Source of the DNA: Octopus vulgaris
Taxonomy: Eukaryota
Assembly: GCA_951406725.2 (NCBI GenBank)
Contig: OX597815.1
Span: 157,666,001-157,730,000, forward strand
Reading direction: 5' to 3'
DNA length: 64,000 nt
Positions 27,942 through 41,829 of the stretch are shown piece after piece. Positions within the stretch are counted from its first letter, which is position 1; every line of letters starts with the position of its first letter. The notes beneath the pieces are model-generated. The model made no database searches and was not told the DNA's origin. It saw nothing but the letters and a program-made list of their open reading frames with translations. The translations under genes and the position numbers were made by a program.

Positions 27942-29191
27942 CGAAAGTCGGCTGAGAAGTTCATAGGTTGACCAATATACTCTCATGGAATACGAACAGA
28001 TGCGGTCCATACACGTCTTCTATCAGTGTTGCAGTGCTTCGACCCCCACTGGTGAAGAGTAAGAAGCCATCAACAGCAGATGTGACGTCATCATCACAGC
28101 AACACTGTTTCTTAGCCAAGTGTCTTTACATGTTGTGGAACAGATAATAACCAGATGGGGACAAATCAGGAGAATGCGGAGGGTGACCAACCAATTGAAA
28201 GCGACAGTCACGCACAGCAACCATTGAAACTAACAACTTGCGTGCTGGGGTATTGTCCTGATAAAACAAGACCTCTTTCATCAGTTTTCCTGGGTATTTG
28301 GTCTTGATAGGCTTTCGTAACTGCTACAGAAATTTGGCATAGTACTCTCCATTAATGGTGTGGTCCTTTTGAAGATATTCAATAAACACAATGTTTTTTG
28401 CATAACAAAAATTGACGCCATCACGTTTCCTGAAGACGAAACGTTTTCTGGAGTAGGCGAGGAGGTGTGTTTAGATTGTCTCTTTGCCTCGGGCTCAAAG
28501 TGATGAAGCCAACGCGCATCCTGGCTTAGGAAACGTTCAAGGAAATCAGATGGATTTACCTCAAACATTGTCAGATTTTCCTGTGATTCGGTCAACCTGG
28601 TGCGCTTTTGATCAGGTGTCAGAAGATGAGGCACCCACCGAGCAGAAGGCTTCATCATGCCAAGTTCACTGTGCAGAATATTCTCAGCTCTCTCACAATA
28701 TATGCTAATAGCATTGGCTAATTAATTTATAGTCAATTGCCTGTCATCCATTACCATGTGGTAAACACGGTCGATGTTTTCCTCGGTGGTGGTAGGACGT
28801 TCAGACTTTGGGTAATCTTCAAGCCTATCCGTTTTCTTCCTAAATCCTGCTGCCCACTTTTGCACTGTTGGTAAATCTGAAGTGTTATCCCCTAATGTAG
28901 CAATCATGTCAGCATGAATATCTTTGAGGTCTAAATCCCTTTTCGCAGGTACATGATAACACCACAATGCCGAATTGTGTCGATTTTCAAGAGAAGTCAC
29001 TACTAGTTACTTTTGACGTCTTTTTTGAGCAGTCAAATGTCAGTTTACATGGAAAGGAACAATGCAGTTATAAATAAGATGAGTTGAAATCAATGCAAGT
29101 AATATTTCCCAGCTCTAGCATCATCCTTCATAATCAGCCTTTACAATCATTCCTTCATCGTCGGCCCATGAACTTTTTTAGTCCACCTTCG
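27942..29191 (-). mobile_element. Decayed full-length mariner, same family as 18103-19360, opposite orientation
   Basis: TIRs ctgagaagttcataggttgac / gtcggcccatgaactttttta. ORF remnants ARWVPHLLTPDQKRTR and DIHADMIATLGDNTSDLPTVQKWAAGF. Confidence 0.92.
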
Positions 29192-29369
29192 TGTTTCCTG
29201 CAAATAGTCAATATGATATGCATTCATTTGTATAGAGTTACGTAGCCATCACATATAGAGTGTCCCTTGTTTTACTGATTTCAAAAGTATTTTTAGATAA
29301 TTAAGTATGTGTTAATTTTACACAATTTTCAGATATTTAAAGATAATCTATGCATGCATAGATACATAC

Positions 29370-29900
29370 ATACTTATCACCCACATTATCAGCAGCTTCC
29401 CCAATATGTCTATAAGATACTACCTGCTCCTGAGGCATGATATAGTTGCAAAGACTGTTTACAACGCTGTCTGCAGGAAGGATTGCCCCGACGTATACGT
29501 CAAAGGGATGTCAGAACCAGTATAAGAACATTCCAATAAGAACATCAATCCGGTGCAAACATAATAGACCTGATATTGTTCTGTGGGACAGGGAACAAAG
29601 GTCATGCCCTGTTGTAGAGGACAGCTGCCCAGCGGATGTGAAGATACCATTCAAAGTTCAGGAAAAAGAGAAAATGTATGGTGAATTAATGCGGAACTTA
29701 CTGCTCATGTACCCTGACTATAAGTTCTCATTTTTAACAACCATTGTAGACGCATTAGGCTATGTACCTACAAATTTACATAAAAACCTAGAAAAACTAG
29801 GTTTTTCGAAGAAAGAACAAAAGAAACTGACGCGGATTCTCCAAATCTAATCTATTAGTAGAACAATGAAAATTTGAAAGAAATTCCAAAGATTTTCCAT
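29370..29900 (+). mobile_element. 3' fragment of a restriction-like-endonuclease (R4/Dong-type) LINE
   Basis: RHD remnant (aggcatgat) followed by KHNRPDIVLWDREQRSCPVVEDSCPAD...KEKMY..L, the PD-(D/E)xK REL pattern. Confidence 0.75.
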
Positions 29901-30081
29901 CTCCGATTCTTTAGAAGAATAGATGCACACACTTGATCGTGTGCATCGACAGCTCAATCAGAACACGAACTCAATTACACATTTACACACATCATGAACT
30001 TTAAGTCAAGAACGTATCTGACACCCAGACAGAAGATAAACTGTTTTTACTTCAAATTTCTATAAATTTTTACTGATATTT

Positions 30082-30120
30082 GTATTTGATAAGATGCGAT
30101 ACATCGAAACCAGTAATATC
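30082..30120 (+). ncRNA. Candidate minimal hammerhead ribozyme, U3:A8 variant
   Basis: gtat-TTGATAA-GATG-cgata-CATC-GAAAC-ca-GTA-atat; stem I is weak. Confidence 0.45.
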
Positions 30121-30380
30121 TTCTTTATATAATTTTTTAATAATGTTTTATTATATTCCCTCTTAAATTGAAATGTCTTAGACTTTCCACTATTTCCACT
30201 TCCATCTTTTATATATAAAAATTTGATTTGTATAAATACATATATGTATTCCTTTATTCTTTTATTTGTTTCCGTCATTTGACTGCTGCCATGCTGGAGC
30301 ACGTCAAAAAAATTTAGGAATTTCCAAAATACATTAAACAATTATTTTTGAAGCTGATAAATCTATAGATGATAGCGTAA

Positions 30381-30416
30381 TGCATACATACATACATACA
30401 TACATACATACATACA

Positions 30417-30450
<34 letters not shown>

Positions 30451-30696
30451 CATACATACATGCATACATACATACATGCATGCATGCATACATACATACA
30501 TACATACACACACACATATATACATACATACATGAATACATACATACATACATACATACATGCAAGCATACATACATGCATACATGCATACATACACACA
30601 TACACACATACATATATACATACATACATGCATGCATACATACATACATACATACATACATACATACATACATACATACATACATACATACATACA
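30381..30696. repeat. (TACA)n microsatellite
   Basis: Directly visible; it generates several spurious ORFs. Confidence 0.95.
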
Positions 30697-30779
30697 TGAG
30701 TTTGTATGTATCAAAGGAAAAGGAAACCAAACCCAAGGCTGGACGAGTATCTCAGGTCATTTAGAATATCTAATTAGAG

Positions 30780-32092
30780 TAAGGTGTATCAAAATCGGAA
30801 TGTAGAAGTAATTAATGCCTTACAGCTGTTTCTGGAATATCCCAGATGATGGGTCAACATCTCCGTATTCTGGATATTCCGTCATCAGAGACAAGGTGTG
30901 TATGCAGGTAAGTTCCAGACATAAAGACAGAAGAATAAAGTTCACAGTTCCTTTTGTTCCAAAGAGTATGGAGTCCGTACTTCCGTGAAGGTATAGCCCC
31001 TTAAGTATAATTCCAGGTAAATCCGGGTAGTATTTTGAATGTTGCATTCAGATTGAAAGAATAAATCAAGTGGTTAGCTTGTAAGAAAAATGGTTTTGGT
31101 AAAGTGGAGAAGGAAGGTATTTATGGCTATTAGAAGGTAATTAAATAGATAGATGAAATCTAGGTTCAGTGTAGTCAGAAATAATATTTAACTTGAGTTC
31201 AGTGGCCGGTAGAGGGAGCTAAGGTGCTAGAAATAGATGACTAACTTAAGGAGAGAGAATATATTTAAAATTAAAAGTTAAAAATTAACAATTAAAAAGA
31301 TTATTGCGGCAAGCGAACTTCGAAGATACTATGCTGATGCAATAAGTATTAATAGATGATGAAAATACGTAAGTATATTGTTATGACTGTAAATGTAGAC
31401 AGGCAAGTGTCATGCGTGTTGATTTTGCTTGCATTTGGACCTGTGGGAGAACCTAAAGGTACCATAGAACTTCTGTTTGCATGAAGAGAATGCTTCATGT
31501 TGTCTATTAAGTAATTGTGGTGAATCATGAATTAATATTTGGAGGGCTTCCTTAAGGTAGAGTCCACGTGCAGAGCGCTTGCCTTGGTATGGGACACCAA
31601 AATCTATTATGGCCCAGGTTATCTTATATCAGATAGTGTATGTGGTTGATTAGGGACGTTGATTAGGGACGTTGTTCCTCATATCTAAATGAGTTCAGAT
31701 GTGCAGAATATCTCTGCTTAAAATTAATTGTAGATCCGATGTAGTGGCTAGTAGAATTGTGCAGTGTGCTGTGGACAATGCATTTATACACAGCATTAAA
31801 TCTTCTGCAATAGGGTTGCGGTGGGCATTCGGTCCCAGAGCTGCAGTTGCAGCTGTATCTATCTGTCCTATGTGGGTTAGCTGTGGATAGCAATGATGCT
31901 GTATTATTTATGGACAAGTTAAAGTCTAAGCTAGTGTCGGGGGTTGGCTCTTATTATTATTATTATTATTACTTTTTTTTTTCTTCTTTCAAATTTGCTT
32001 CCATTTCTTGCCGAGTGTCTTCCCGACTCCTAGGGCAAAGAAACTCATAGTATACATTGGTAGGCCATTAAACCAAACTCAATAGTTCGTTC

Positions 32093-32160
<68 letters not shown>

Positions 32161-32995
32161 GTGGTGGTGGTGGTAGTAGTAGAAGTTGTAGTAGTAGTAG
32201 TAGTAGTAGGAGGAGGAGGAGCAGCAGCAGCAGTAGTAACACTATTAGTATTAACATTCATTTCAGCCGTACTTCGACATACTCGGAAGTGAGGATATCC
32301 GCATTCTGGTTTATGCTGGTTATAGTGCTAAGGTTATAGATTCTATATTGAGCGGAGAGGAGTAGGATAATTTCAGAGATCTGTCGAAGATCGAATGGTA
32401 TTTATGGTGACGTGGGAAGTTAGAGCTTGCAATTGTAAAAAAAAAATGGTTTTGGCTAAGCCCTTAACGTTTAAAGCGAATGGGGGTGTAAACCAGAGAA
32501 TTGATCTTCTCCCAGTTTTATTAGGCAATATAGGAGTAGTATAATCTATATTTTTTGCTAGAGGAGAACCCCGGGAGTCAGCCTTGTTTATCAGTTTGAG
32601 TATTGTTCGAGTGTTATACGGGTGAACGGGGGGGGGAGCGCGGGGATTTTTGTGGGAGGGTTTGTGTGTCCAGTGGTGGGGCATAACCCTCAAAGATTGA
32701 GCTGGTGGATGTGTTTTTTTAAGCCTAGTGTTTACAATGAATTTAATTTGCTGGGAGAAGCCGCTAGCCGCTAGTGCCTGGTTATAGTATATAGCGTAGC
32801 TTTGGGGATAATTCCTCCGTAGTTGAGAGATCCAATATTCGGATAGATATGCCTTTGATTACACTATCGAAGGTAGATTTACGATGATTCGTGTTTATAC
32901 TAATGTATCTGAGGTATTGATTAGGTTTATGGTAAGGGGAGTACAGCGAAGATTTTAAATCTTAAGTAACATCTAGAAAATTAACTGTATGTACA
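30780..32995 (-). mobile_element. 5'-truncated Penelope-like retroelement (RT thumb, linker, GIY-YIG endonuclease, 3' terminus)
   Basis: Minus strand: VNFLDVT..YSPYHKPNQYLRYISINTNH (~32990-32880), RRSILWFTPPFALNV (ORF 32373-32693) and CNCSSGTECP..C..AVYKC..HYIGSTINFKQRYSAHLNSF (31663-31917). Interrupted by microsatellites at ~31950-32260. Confidence 0.88.
30816..30893 (-). ncRNA. Type-I minimal hammerhead ribozyme in the 3' end of the PLE
   Basis: Minus strand: tgtct-CTGATGA-cggaatatccaga..tctgggatattcca-GAAAC-agct-GTA-aggca. Canonical core, long stem II, palindromic stem III loop. Confidence 0.8.
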
Positions 32996-33379
32996 GTGAT
33001 GCAGCAAGGTTTTGAGCCGCCTGGGTGGGCCTTCAGAGTGCTCCCTCTCCTCCATGATACCATAAAATTTGACTTTAAAATGACTTCTCAGATATTATCA
33101 GGCGGTGGTTATTAAGTTAGATAATTTTTGACCGAAGCATATCTGAGCTTATGTAAGTTTATCAATACTTAGATAAAGTTCAGTTCCCAAATTTGCTGAC
33201 TGAGAGAAAGAGAGAAAGAGAGAGAGAGAGAGAGAGAAGGAGAGCATAAGAGGGTAGAATGAGGGGGTGGGTGAAGAAAGAGTTGTTTATTTTTGTATAA
33301 TTGCGTAATTTGTAAATAATTCGTGCATACACACAAACGCGCACGCACGCACACACACACACACAGACACAGACACACA

Positions 33380-33457
<78 letters not shown>

Positions 33458-33599
33458 AATGGACGGAATGATAGATAAGTGGGCAGAAATGCAGAAATAC
33501 AGATTAGTAAGTAAATAAATATACTTACTGTGTTTGCTTTTATCTTTTATTATTCATAGTTGCAATATTTTTGCAAACAAGATTTTGATACTTCGACAA

Positions 33600-33664
33600 G
33601 TAAACGGGCGCAGAATTTCGCCTGTTGCTGCCGCTCTACACATTGAACAAATACTTCCGTTAAG
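33600..33664 (+). other. Possible non-coding first exon of the nucleoside hydrolase gene
   Basis: Non-repetitive, relatively GC-rich stretch ending in a perfect AAG|GTAAGT donor. Acceptors (ttcag, ccag) sit 11-20 nt before the ATG at 36592. Start coordinate approximate. Confidence 0.5.
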
Positions 33665-33735
33665 GTAAGTGATGTAATTATTCATTTATTCTTTGATGTT
33701 GAGCTGATGTGTCATCGTTGCCGTCGTTGTCGTAT

Positions 33736-33774
<39 letters not shown>

Positions 33775-34045
33775 CGTTGGTTGTGGTTTTTGCTCGTCGT
33801 TGTGTTTGATGTTGCTTAGCCCTGGGTCAGTCCCGATTAATCAGACCTATCCTTATGATCAAAACTGCCCAGACTTAAACAGCAATTTTATCATTAAAAA
33901 AAACAACCTTTTAATACCTTTCGAAACATAACGAGATAAGCATTGACTTATCTAATGTCGGTAGCGTAGCCAGAGGGCGTCATCCGGGACAGACATTGAC
34001 TTTGCTGCCTACCATCTTGGGCCCCCAACCTTATGCAGACCTTAA

Positions 34046-34264
34046 CCCTCTAGCATTCAGATTACCCTGTCGAATGTAATGCTTATACAGTCACATAGTT
34101 TTGAATGAATCATGCATTATCTTGTAACTTCAAGATTTTGACGATGTTATTGTTTATTTTTAAACCAACCTGTAGAGTAGGTGTGAGAGGAAGAATCTGG
34201 CTGGTTTGAACATTAAATAGATATACCATTTGGGCCGTATATGACTGGTTTTAATGCTAAAAAG
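34046..34264. mobile_element. piggyBac-like MITE, second copy
   Basis: TTAA-CCCTCTAGCATT ... AATGCTAAAAAG-TTAA; reverse-complement homologue of 9764-9949. Confidence 0.7.
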
Positions 34265-34992
34265 TTAAAGAAGTACCGCCCCACGTCATTATCCACTAAC
34301 TACTGTCTAACACTGGAAGCATGTGGCCCGAAAAAACCGTTTAAGTGACACGCCTAAATGAAAGATTACATTAGATGTTTTACTGGTGCAGTCCCTTGAT
34401 GATGAGCCATGTCCCATGTGACCGCTTCTCGAAAACGTTTGCACATCCCTTATGTCCTTCTCTCTCTCTCTCTCTCTTTTCTTTTTTGACAGTTGAGTTC
34501 GATTTCAGAGAGATTTGGTGGATCTTGTTAAAGTTCTTCCAACCATTTGAAGAATTTCATCAGATCCTTTTCACATTTTCTACGCTGGTGTGTAGTTTTG
34601 TTAGCTGATGACAGAAATCACATTAATGTTTTTTTTTCTAGAAATTAATTATCCTTTCTATTTAAGGCACAATGCCCGAAATTGGGGAGGGGAATAGTCG
34701 ATTACATCGATCCCAGTGTTTTACTAGTATTTAGTTTATCGACCCCAAGAGAATGAAAGGAGCTCGGCGGAATTTGAACTCAGAACGTAAAGACGGACGA
34801 AATGCCGCTAAGCATTTTGTTCTGTGTGCTAAAGATTTTGCCAGATTATCGTCTTTTCCTAAAAACTAATAATAAGAAATTACGGAGATGTACTAGCATA
34901 GCAAGTGACCTGATCTGAGATCGTGTGCTGGAACGAAAACAAAAGGTGTTTATAAGCCATTTAAGCAACACACAAAAAAAGATGCAGCACAG

Positions 34993-35048
34993 AATTTTGT
35001 CAGTGAACAGGTTACGGTCTCAAAGCGACGAAAATATTTTGACAAATT
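34993..35048 (+). ncRNA. Candidate hammerhead ribozyme with swapped G3:C8 core, inside a 36-bp inverted repeat
   Basis: tttgtca-GTGAACA-g-gttac-ggtctcaaa-gcgac-GAAA-atattt-tgacaaa; flanked by IR arms 34943-34978 / 35078-35113. Confidence 0.55.
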
Positions 35049-36591
35049 AAATTTAAATGTTGAAGTGAATCTAAAGGTTTTTGCGTGTTTCTTAAATGGC
35101 TTATAAACACCTTCCACGCTGCAATAATAAAAAAAGTTTTAAGCATTTAAAAAAATTATGTAGCTTTAATCAATTGGAAGCCTACATTGCTAAAATGACT
35201 GATTTTCGTCATCAGCATGCATAACTACATAAAAAAAAAATAAATAAATGCACCCTTTTTAAAGCCTAGCCAGGCTCATGGTCTCGGTTTCTATGGCGTA
35301 TGTTTTCCCCAGATAGATTAGTCCATCGCAGCCCTACTAATTTTTGCCAGCTGAGTGGACTGGAGCAACGTGAAATGAAGTGTTTTGCTCAAGTACACAA
35401 CGCGTCGCCCGGTCCAGGAATCGAAACCACAATCTTACAATCATGATGCTGACACCCCTAACCACTAAGCCACGTGCCTCCACGCATAACTACATCAGTG
35501 TAGAAAATTTTAGAAGAATTTTCTCAATCCTGTGACAATCTGAAATGCTTCAAGTAGTTGGAAGTAATTTAATATGATCCGATTTTACCGCTTTTTCCTA
35601 TCAGGTCGAACGACAATTGTAGAGGCTCCGTCATTAAGTTAAGAACGGAAAGAAGTATGAGTGGAAAAAGTCAGGAAGGAAAGAAATATTAAAGAGAGAG
35701 AGAGAGAGAGGGAGAGTGAACAGAGAGGGAGGAAGCGTGAAAATATTTGCACACAATATGATCTGAAGATAAAATAAGAATGTTGAAAGCAAATATAAAA
35801 CAAATGAAACGAGAATGTACATATGTACCAGTTGTGTATATAATGTAAAGATACGTACGCACACACACACATAAATAGCACATACTCATATGTGTGAGTG
35901 TGTGTTGAGTATGTTTGAAAGTTCTAAGACTACATCGGGGCCAGCTGCAGCATTTTATAGCCAACTTAGTAATTATGTGTCTGAAAAGATACATCATTAC
36001 TCGTGTCAATGCACGGTCGCACACTTGTTTTGATTCAGAGACTGCAGTCCTTCCTGGGCCAGTGTATACTTATTTCTTTATTATTACCCACAAGGGGCTA
36101 AACATAGAGGGGACAAACAAGGACAGACGTAGGTATTAAGTCGATTACATCGACCCCAGTGCGTAACTGGTACTTAATTTATCGACCTCGAAAGGATGAA
36201 AGGCAAAGTCGACCTCGGCGGAATTTGAACTCACAACGTAACGGCTGACGAAATACCGCTAAGCATTTCGCCCGGCGCGCTAACGTTTCTGCCAGCTCCC
36301 CGCCTTACTGTCTGCATGTCATTCAGCTTCGTGCGCTGGTAGCGCAGGGCTTGAAATTTCCTGAAAGAGTGAGGAAGGAGAGAGAAGAAGGAGAGAGAGA
36401 GAGAGGGAGAGAGAGAGAGAGAGGGAGAGAGAGAGAGAGGGAGGAATAGATAAAGAGAGAGCGGGTGGAGGAATGTGTGCCACTTAATTAGATATGTTCG
36501 TGTATTTCGTATATATGTGTACATAAGCGTCTTTAATTTTTGGTTTCTGCCGTTCTTAATTACTTTTTCAGTTTTTCCAGTGTCTTCTAAA

Positions 36592-36774
36592 ATGAGTTCC
36601 AAAAAAATTATGATCAATGCTGACCCAGGTATCGACGATGCTCAGGCTATCTTCATGGCTGTAGCACGACCCGATATTGAAATTATTTCGCTCCATATTC
36701 ACCATGGCAATACAACTCGACCTAATGCAATGAAGAATGCTTTGAGGATACTTCAGGCGTGTAACAGCCTAAAA
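36592..36774 (+). CDS. Inosine/uridine-preferring nucleoside hydrolase, coding exon 1
   Basis: MSSKKIMINADPGIDDAQAIFMA...HGNTT...KNALRIL, the NH family N-terminal DxDxxxDD-type motif; gtaagt donor. Confidence 0.93.
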
Positions 36775-36954
36775 GTAAGTCTGGAAGTTTCTGAATAGAA
36801 ATCAAAGTTTTAAGGTGTGGTTGGTGAGCCTTAAAGAACATAGTTGAAGCTATAATTGAGATCAACACGCATGCAGTTTTAGATTTTAAATTGATACTTT
36901 TCAGTTATTTATAATTACGCCATATAATTATACTATACTCTTTATATAAGCGTG

Positions 36955-36986
<32 letters not shown>

Positions 36987-37051
36987 TGTATGTATGTATG
37001 TATGTATGTATGTATGTATGTATGTATGTATGTATGTATGTATATATATAA

Positions 37052-37135
<84 letters not shown>

Positions 37136-37203
37136 ATACATACATATTGAATAATCTTGTTGAATTTTTTAACCGATCTTGAAAATAACGGTTGATCAAC
37201 ATG

Positions 37204-37253
<50 letters not shown>

Positions 37254-37453
37254 CAATACAAATGTATTACTTTCCAGTGAAATAAAGCACCGTAAAGGTA
37301 GACGTATAAATATAAATATATATATATAAATATAGATTAATGGTAAAATTTCATTGCGTATATACTGGCAAAGACGTGTGAGTGTAACAAACATGAAAAA
37401 TTTGTCTTACTTCTTGGAAGAACATTCGATAAATGGACAACCCAGAATTGGAT

Positions 37454-37526
37454 AATGCAGGACTGGTTTCAGACTCTTTAAATACGTTTGTCAACGTAAA
37501 TTTGATCAGTCTTCATCAGCTGTATT
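37454..37526 (-). ncRNA. Type-I minimal hammerhead ribozyme in a (TA)n-embedded element
   Basis: Minus strand: aatacag-CTGATGA-agact-(hairpin)-agtct-GAAAC-ca-GTC-ctgcatt. Confidence 0.75.
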
Positions 37527-37852
37527 TACCTAGACAATACTTCAATTGTTGCCACATCAATGCCAGTATACTCGCCTAAATGCTTAGCCGTTCACAGAAC
37601 GAGAACAGTGAAAAAGTTTTCAATGAAAATAAATATTGCAATACAAATGTTATTACTTTTCAGTAAAACAAAGCACGGTAAAGATAGAAGTATAAATATA
37701 AATATAAATATAGATTAGTGGTACAAGACACCAATAGCAGTGAAGCTTTACTATAGCGTCGTAATTTTATCGACTGCTATTTCCAGTGAATATTGGTGCC
37801 TTGTTGTACCACTAATCTATCTATATATATATATATGCAAATCCTTTTTGCA

Positions 37853-37923
<71 letters not shown>

Positions 37924-37946
37924 GTATGTAAATCCATTTTGCATAT

Positions 37947-38006
<60 letters not shown>

Positions 38007-38298
38007 ATATATCTATATATATATGTAAATCCTTTTTGCATATGTATCTACTTATGTAGATACATATGTATCTACATAAGTAGATATGCATCTTTGCATA
38101 TGTTTCTACTTATATCAGTACACACTTTTCATTGTTGTTAACATTTTTTCTTGTATACTTATATTTATCTTATTATCCTGCTTCCTGATTCCTTACTTTC
38201 AGCCAATAGATAGCATGTATATTTTTTCCACGTAAATTCCATATGTAAGTGGTTTGAGTGATCTTTATAGTGACCACCTAATAATTTATGTAAAGATG

Positions 38299-38765
<467 letters not shown>

Positions 38766-38892
38766 TTCTACATAATAGTCATCTTTTTAATGTTTAAATT
38801 GATCTATATATTTCTCTTAACTAATCAGTTTATGGTATCCTTTTCTAGAATTTTTTAACTTTTATTTTTATACAACATAATAAATAATATTT

Positions 38893-38938
<46 letters not shown>

Positions 38939-39154
38939 CCCCCTTCGGTCATGAATGACCATGGGATTGCACCTAGAAAGTTACCCTCCTAGACACAAGT
39001 CCGGGCAAGGTTGTTTATGGAAGACCAGCAGTCGCCCATGCATACCAGCCTCCCCTCTCCACGCCACCAGTGTTATCCAAGGGAAAGACAAAGGTCGATA
39101 CAGCTTGGCACCAGTGACGTCGCAACTCATTTCTACAGCTGAGTGAACTGGAGC

Positions 39155-39213
<59 letters not shown>

Positions 39214-39583
39214 TAAACAGTAAAAATAATTACAGACATGGACAAGAACATGAAACACCACAGAGACGACACAAGAACCACAGGACGGGACATTCGAAGC
39301 CCTCAGTCATCAGTCAAGAACCAGATCATCTTAGCAATTTCGGCTGATTAATCTTGATATTGCTCCGATTTGGGCAGCCCGCCAAGGGAAATCTAAGCCA
39401 AGCGCATTAGATCCCCTGGAAGAAAGCTTCGAATGTATACAACACGAGGACGGAAAACGAACGAAGTACACGAACAAAAATACAGAATACGTGACACCAA
39501 TAAGAATACAAAAACGTAAAAACAATAACGGTAAAAATAAAAAACAAAACAAAACCAGGACGTAGGACAAGGGTCTTTCGACA

Positions 39584-40085
<502 letters not shown>

Positions 40086-40174
40086 ATCCCGGATATATTC
40101 GTGTGTGTGTGTGTGTGTGTGTATGTTAATGTATATGCATTATCGTAACGGTACTTTTTAAAATTGTTCTTCAG

Positions 40175-40349
40175 CTCCCAGTTTTTCAAGGAAGTGATCA
40201 TGCTTTGATGACTCAACTGGTGAAAGGCGACGACTATTTTGGTACTGATGGTTTTGGGAATGCTCCTGATCCGAATGTACCCTCTTTGGAACTTGTTCAA
40301 AAGGAACATTCAGTCTGGACAATGATTGAAAATGTCAAAAAATATCCTG
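40175..40349 (+). CDS. Nucleoside hydrolase coding exon 2
   Basis: cttcag acceptor; LPVFQGSDHALMTQLVKGDDYFGTDGFGNAPDP...KEHSVWTMIENVKKYPG; gtaaaa donor, phase 1. Confidence 0.92.
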
Positions 40350-41513
40350 GTAAAAAGAGTAACATTATTATTTATTTATATTTACATTTTTCATATCGAT
40401 AAAATAAGTTGAGCTCTAGAATTGATGTAATGAACCAGCCCCTTCCTCCAAAATTTCACTCTTTATGTTTATAGTGGAACGGATTTCTTTTACTTTCATG
40501 CAGGCGGCGAAGCGACAGAATCGTTTGCTCCTTAGACAAACTGCTTAGCTGCATTTCTTCCTCCTTTATGTTCTGAGTTCAAACTCCGCCGAGGTCGACT
40601 TAGCATTTCATCTTTTCGGTGTCATTAAAATAAGTAGCAGTTGAGCACTAGGGTCAATGTAATCGACTAACCGCCCACACCCTCAAATTTCAGGCCTTGT
40701 TCCTGTAGTAAAATGAATTCTTTTGTACTTTCATAAGACGACGAGCTGGTAAAATAGCACGTCGGACGAAAATGCTTAGCGGCATTCCTTCCAGCTCTTT
40801 TTGTACTGAGTTTGAATACCTATTTCTTTATTACCCACAAGGGGCTAAACACAGAGGGGACAAACAAGGACAGACATAGGTATTAAGTCGATTACATCGA
40901 CCCCAGTGCGTAACTGGTACTTAATTTATCGACCCCGAAAGGATGAAAGGCAAAGTCGACCTAGGCGGAATTTGAACTCACAACGTAACGCAGACGAAAT
41001 ACCGCTAAGCATTTCGCCCGGCGTGCTAACGTTTCTGCCAGCTCGTCGCCCTGAGTTTGAATACCACCGAAGTCAACTGTATGTTTCTTCCTTTTCATCC
41101 AATTAGGGGTCGATAAAAGAAAGTGCCTATCAAGTACAGGGGCGATATGTTCGGTAAGCCCCCTCTCTAAACTTGCTGAATTTGAGCCAAAATTTGAACA
41201 GTTATTTATACTTTTCATATCCACCCACCAATCGATGACATCTTTTATGCCAGTTGAAAAATCATTATCGTATTTTCATTGGGTATGCCAGTTGAAAAAT
41301 CATTATCGTATTTTCATTGGGTGTGAGAGTATGTGTGTGAAATGATTAAGTACCAGACACTGTATAGTGATTTCTAGCATTGATACAAAACCAGATATAT
41401 TTTGAGGGTGAAGATGCATTATCGATTAAAACCGAAAAATGGTGATTGCTTTTATCAACACAGGGAAATATTTTCCTGCCTCTCATGAAAAGGAAACAAT
41501 TCACGAGAACGTC

Positions 41514-41636
<123 letters not shown>

Positions 41637-41772
41637 GCATGCATGAACGCACATTCATAAACACACCAACTCGCTTGCAAACAATGTAATAAGTAAATAC
41701 TGAAAGAGATATACTTATCTTTTTACATTGGAAGATTCACATTGCAGAAGATAATTGAAGCACAATTAAAAC

Positions 41773-41829
<57 letters not shown>

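Noticed and set aside
38955-39146. Recurrent 61-63 aa ORF MTMGLHLESYPP... (also 39877-40062 and 59391-59582)
   Set aside because: Antisense frame of a young SINE; the recurrence reflects copy identity, not coding constraint.
41248-41323. Two ~38-bp direct repeats as a CRISPR-like array
   Set aside because: Adjacent tandem duplication with no spacers, in eukaryotic intron context.
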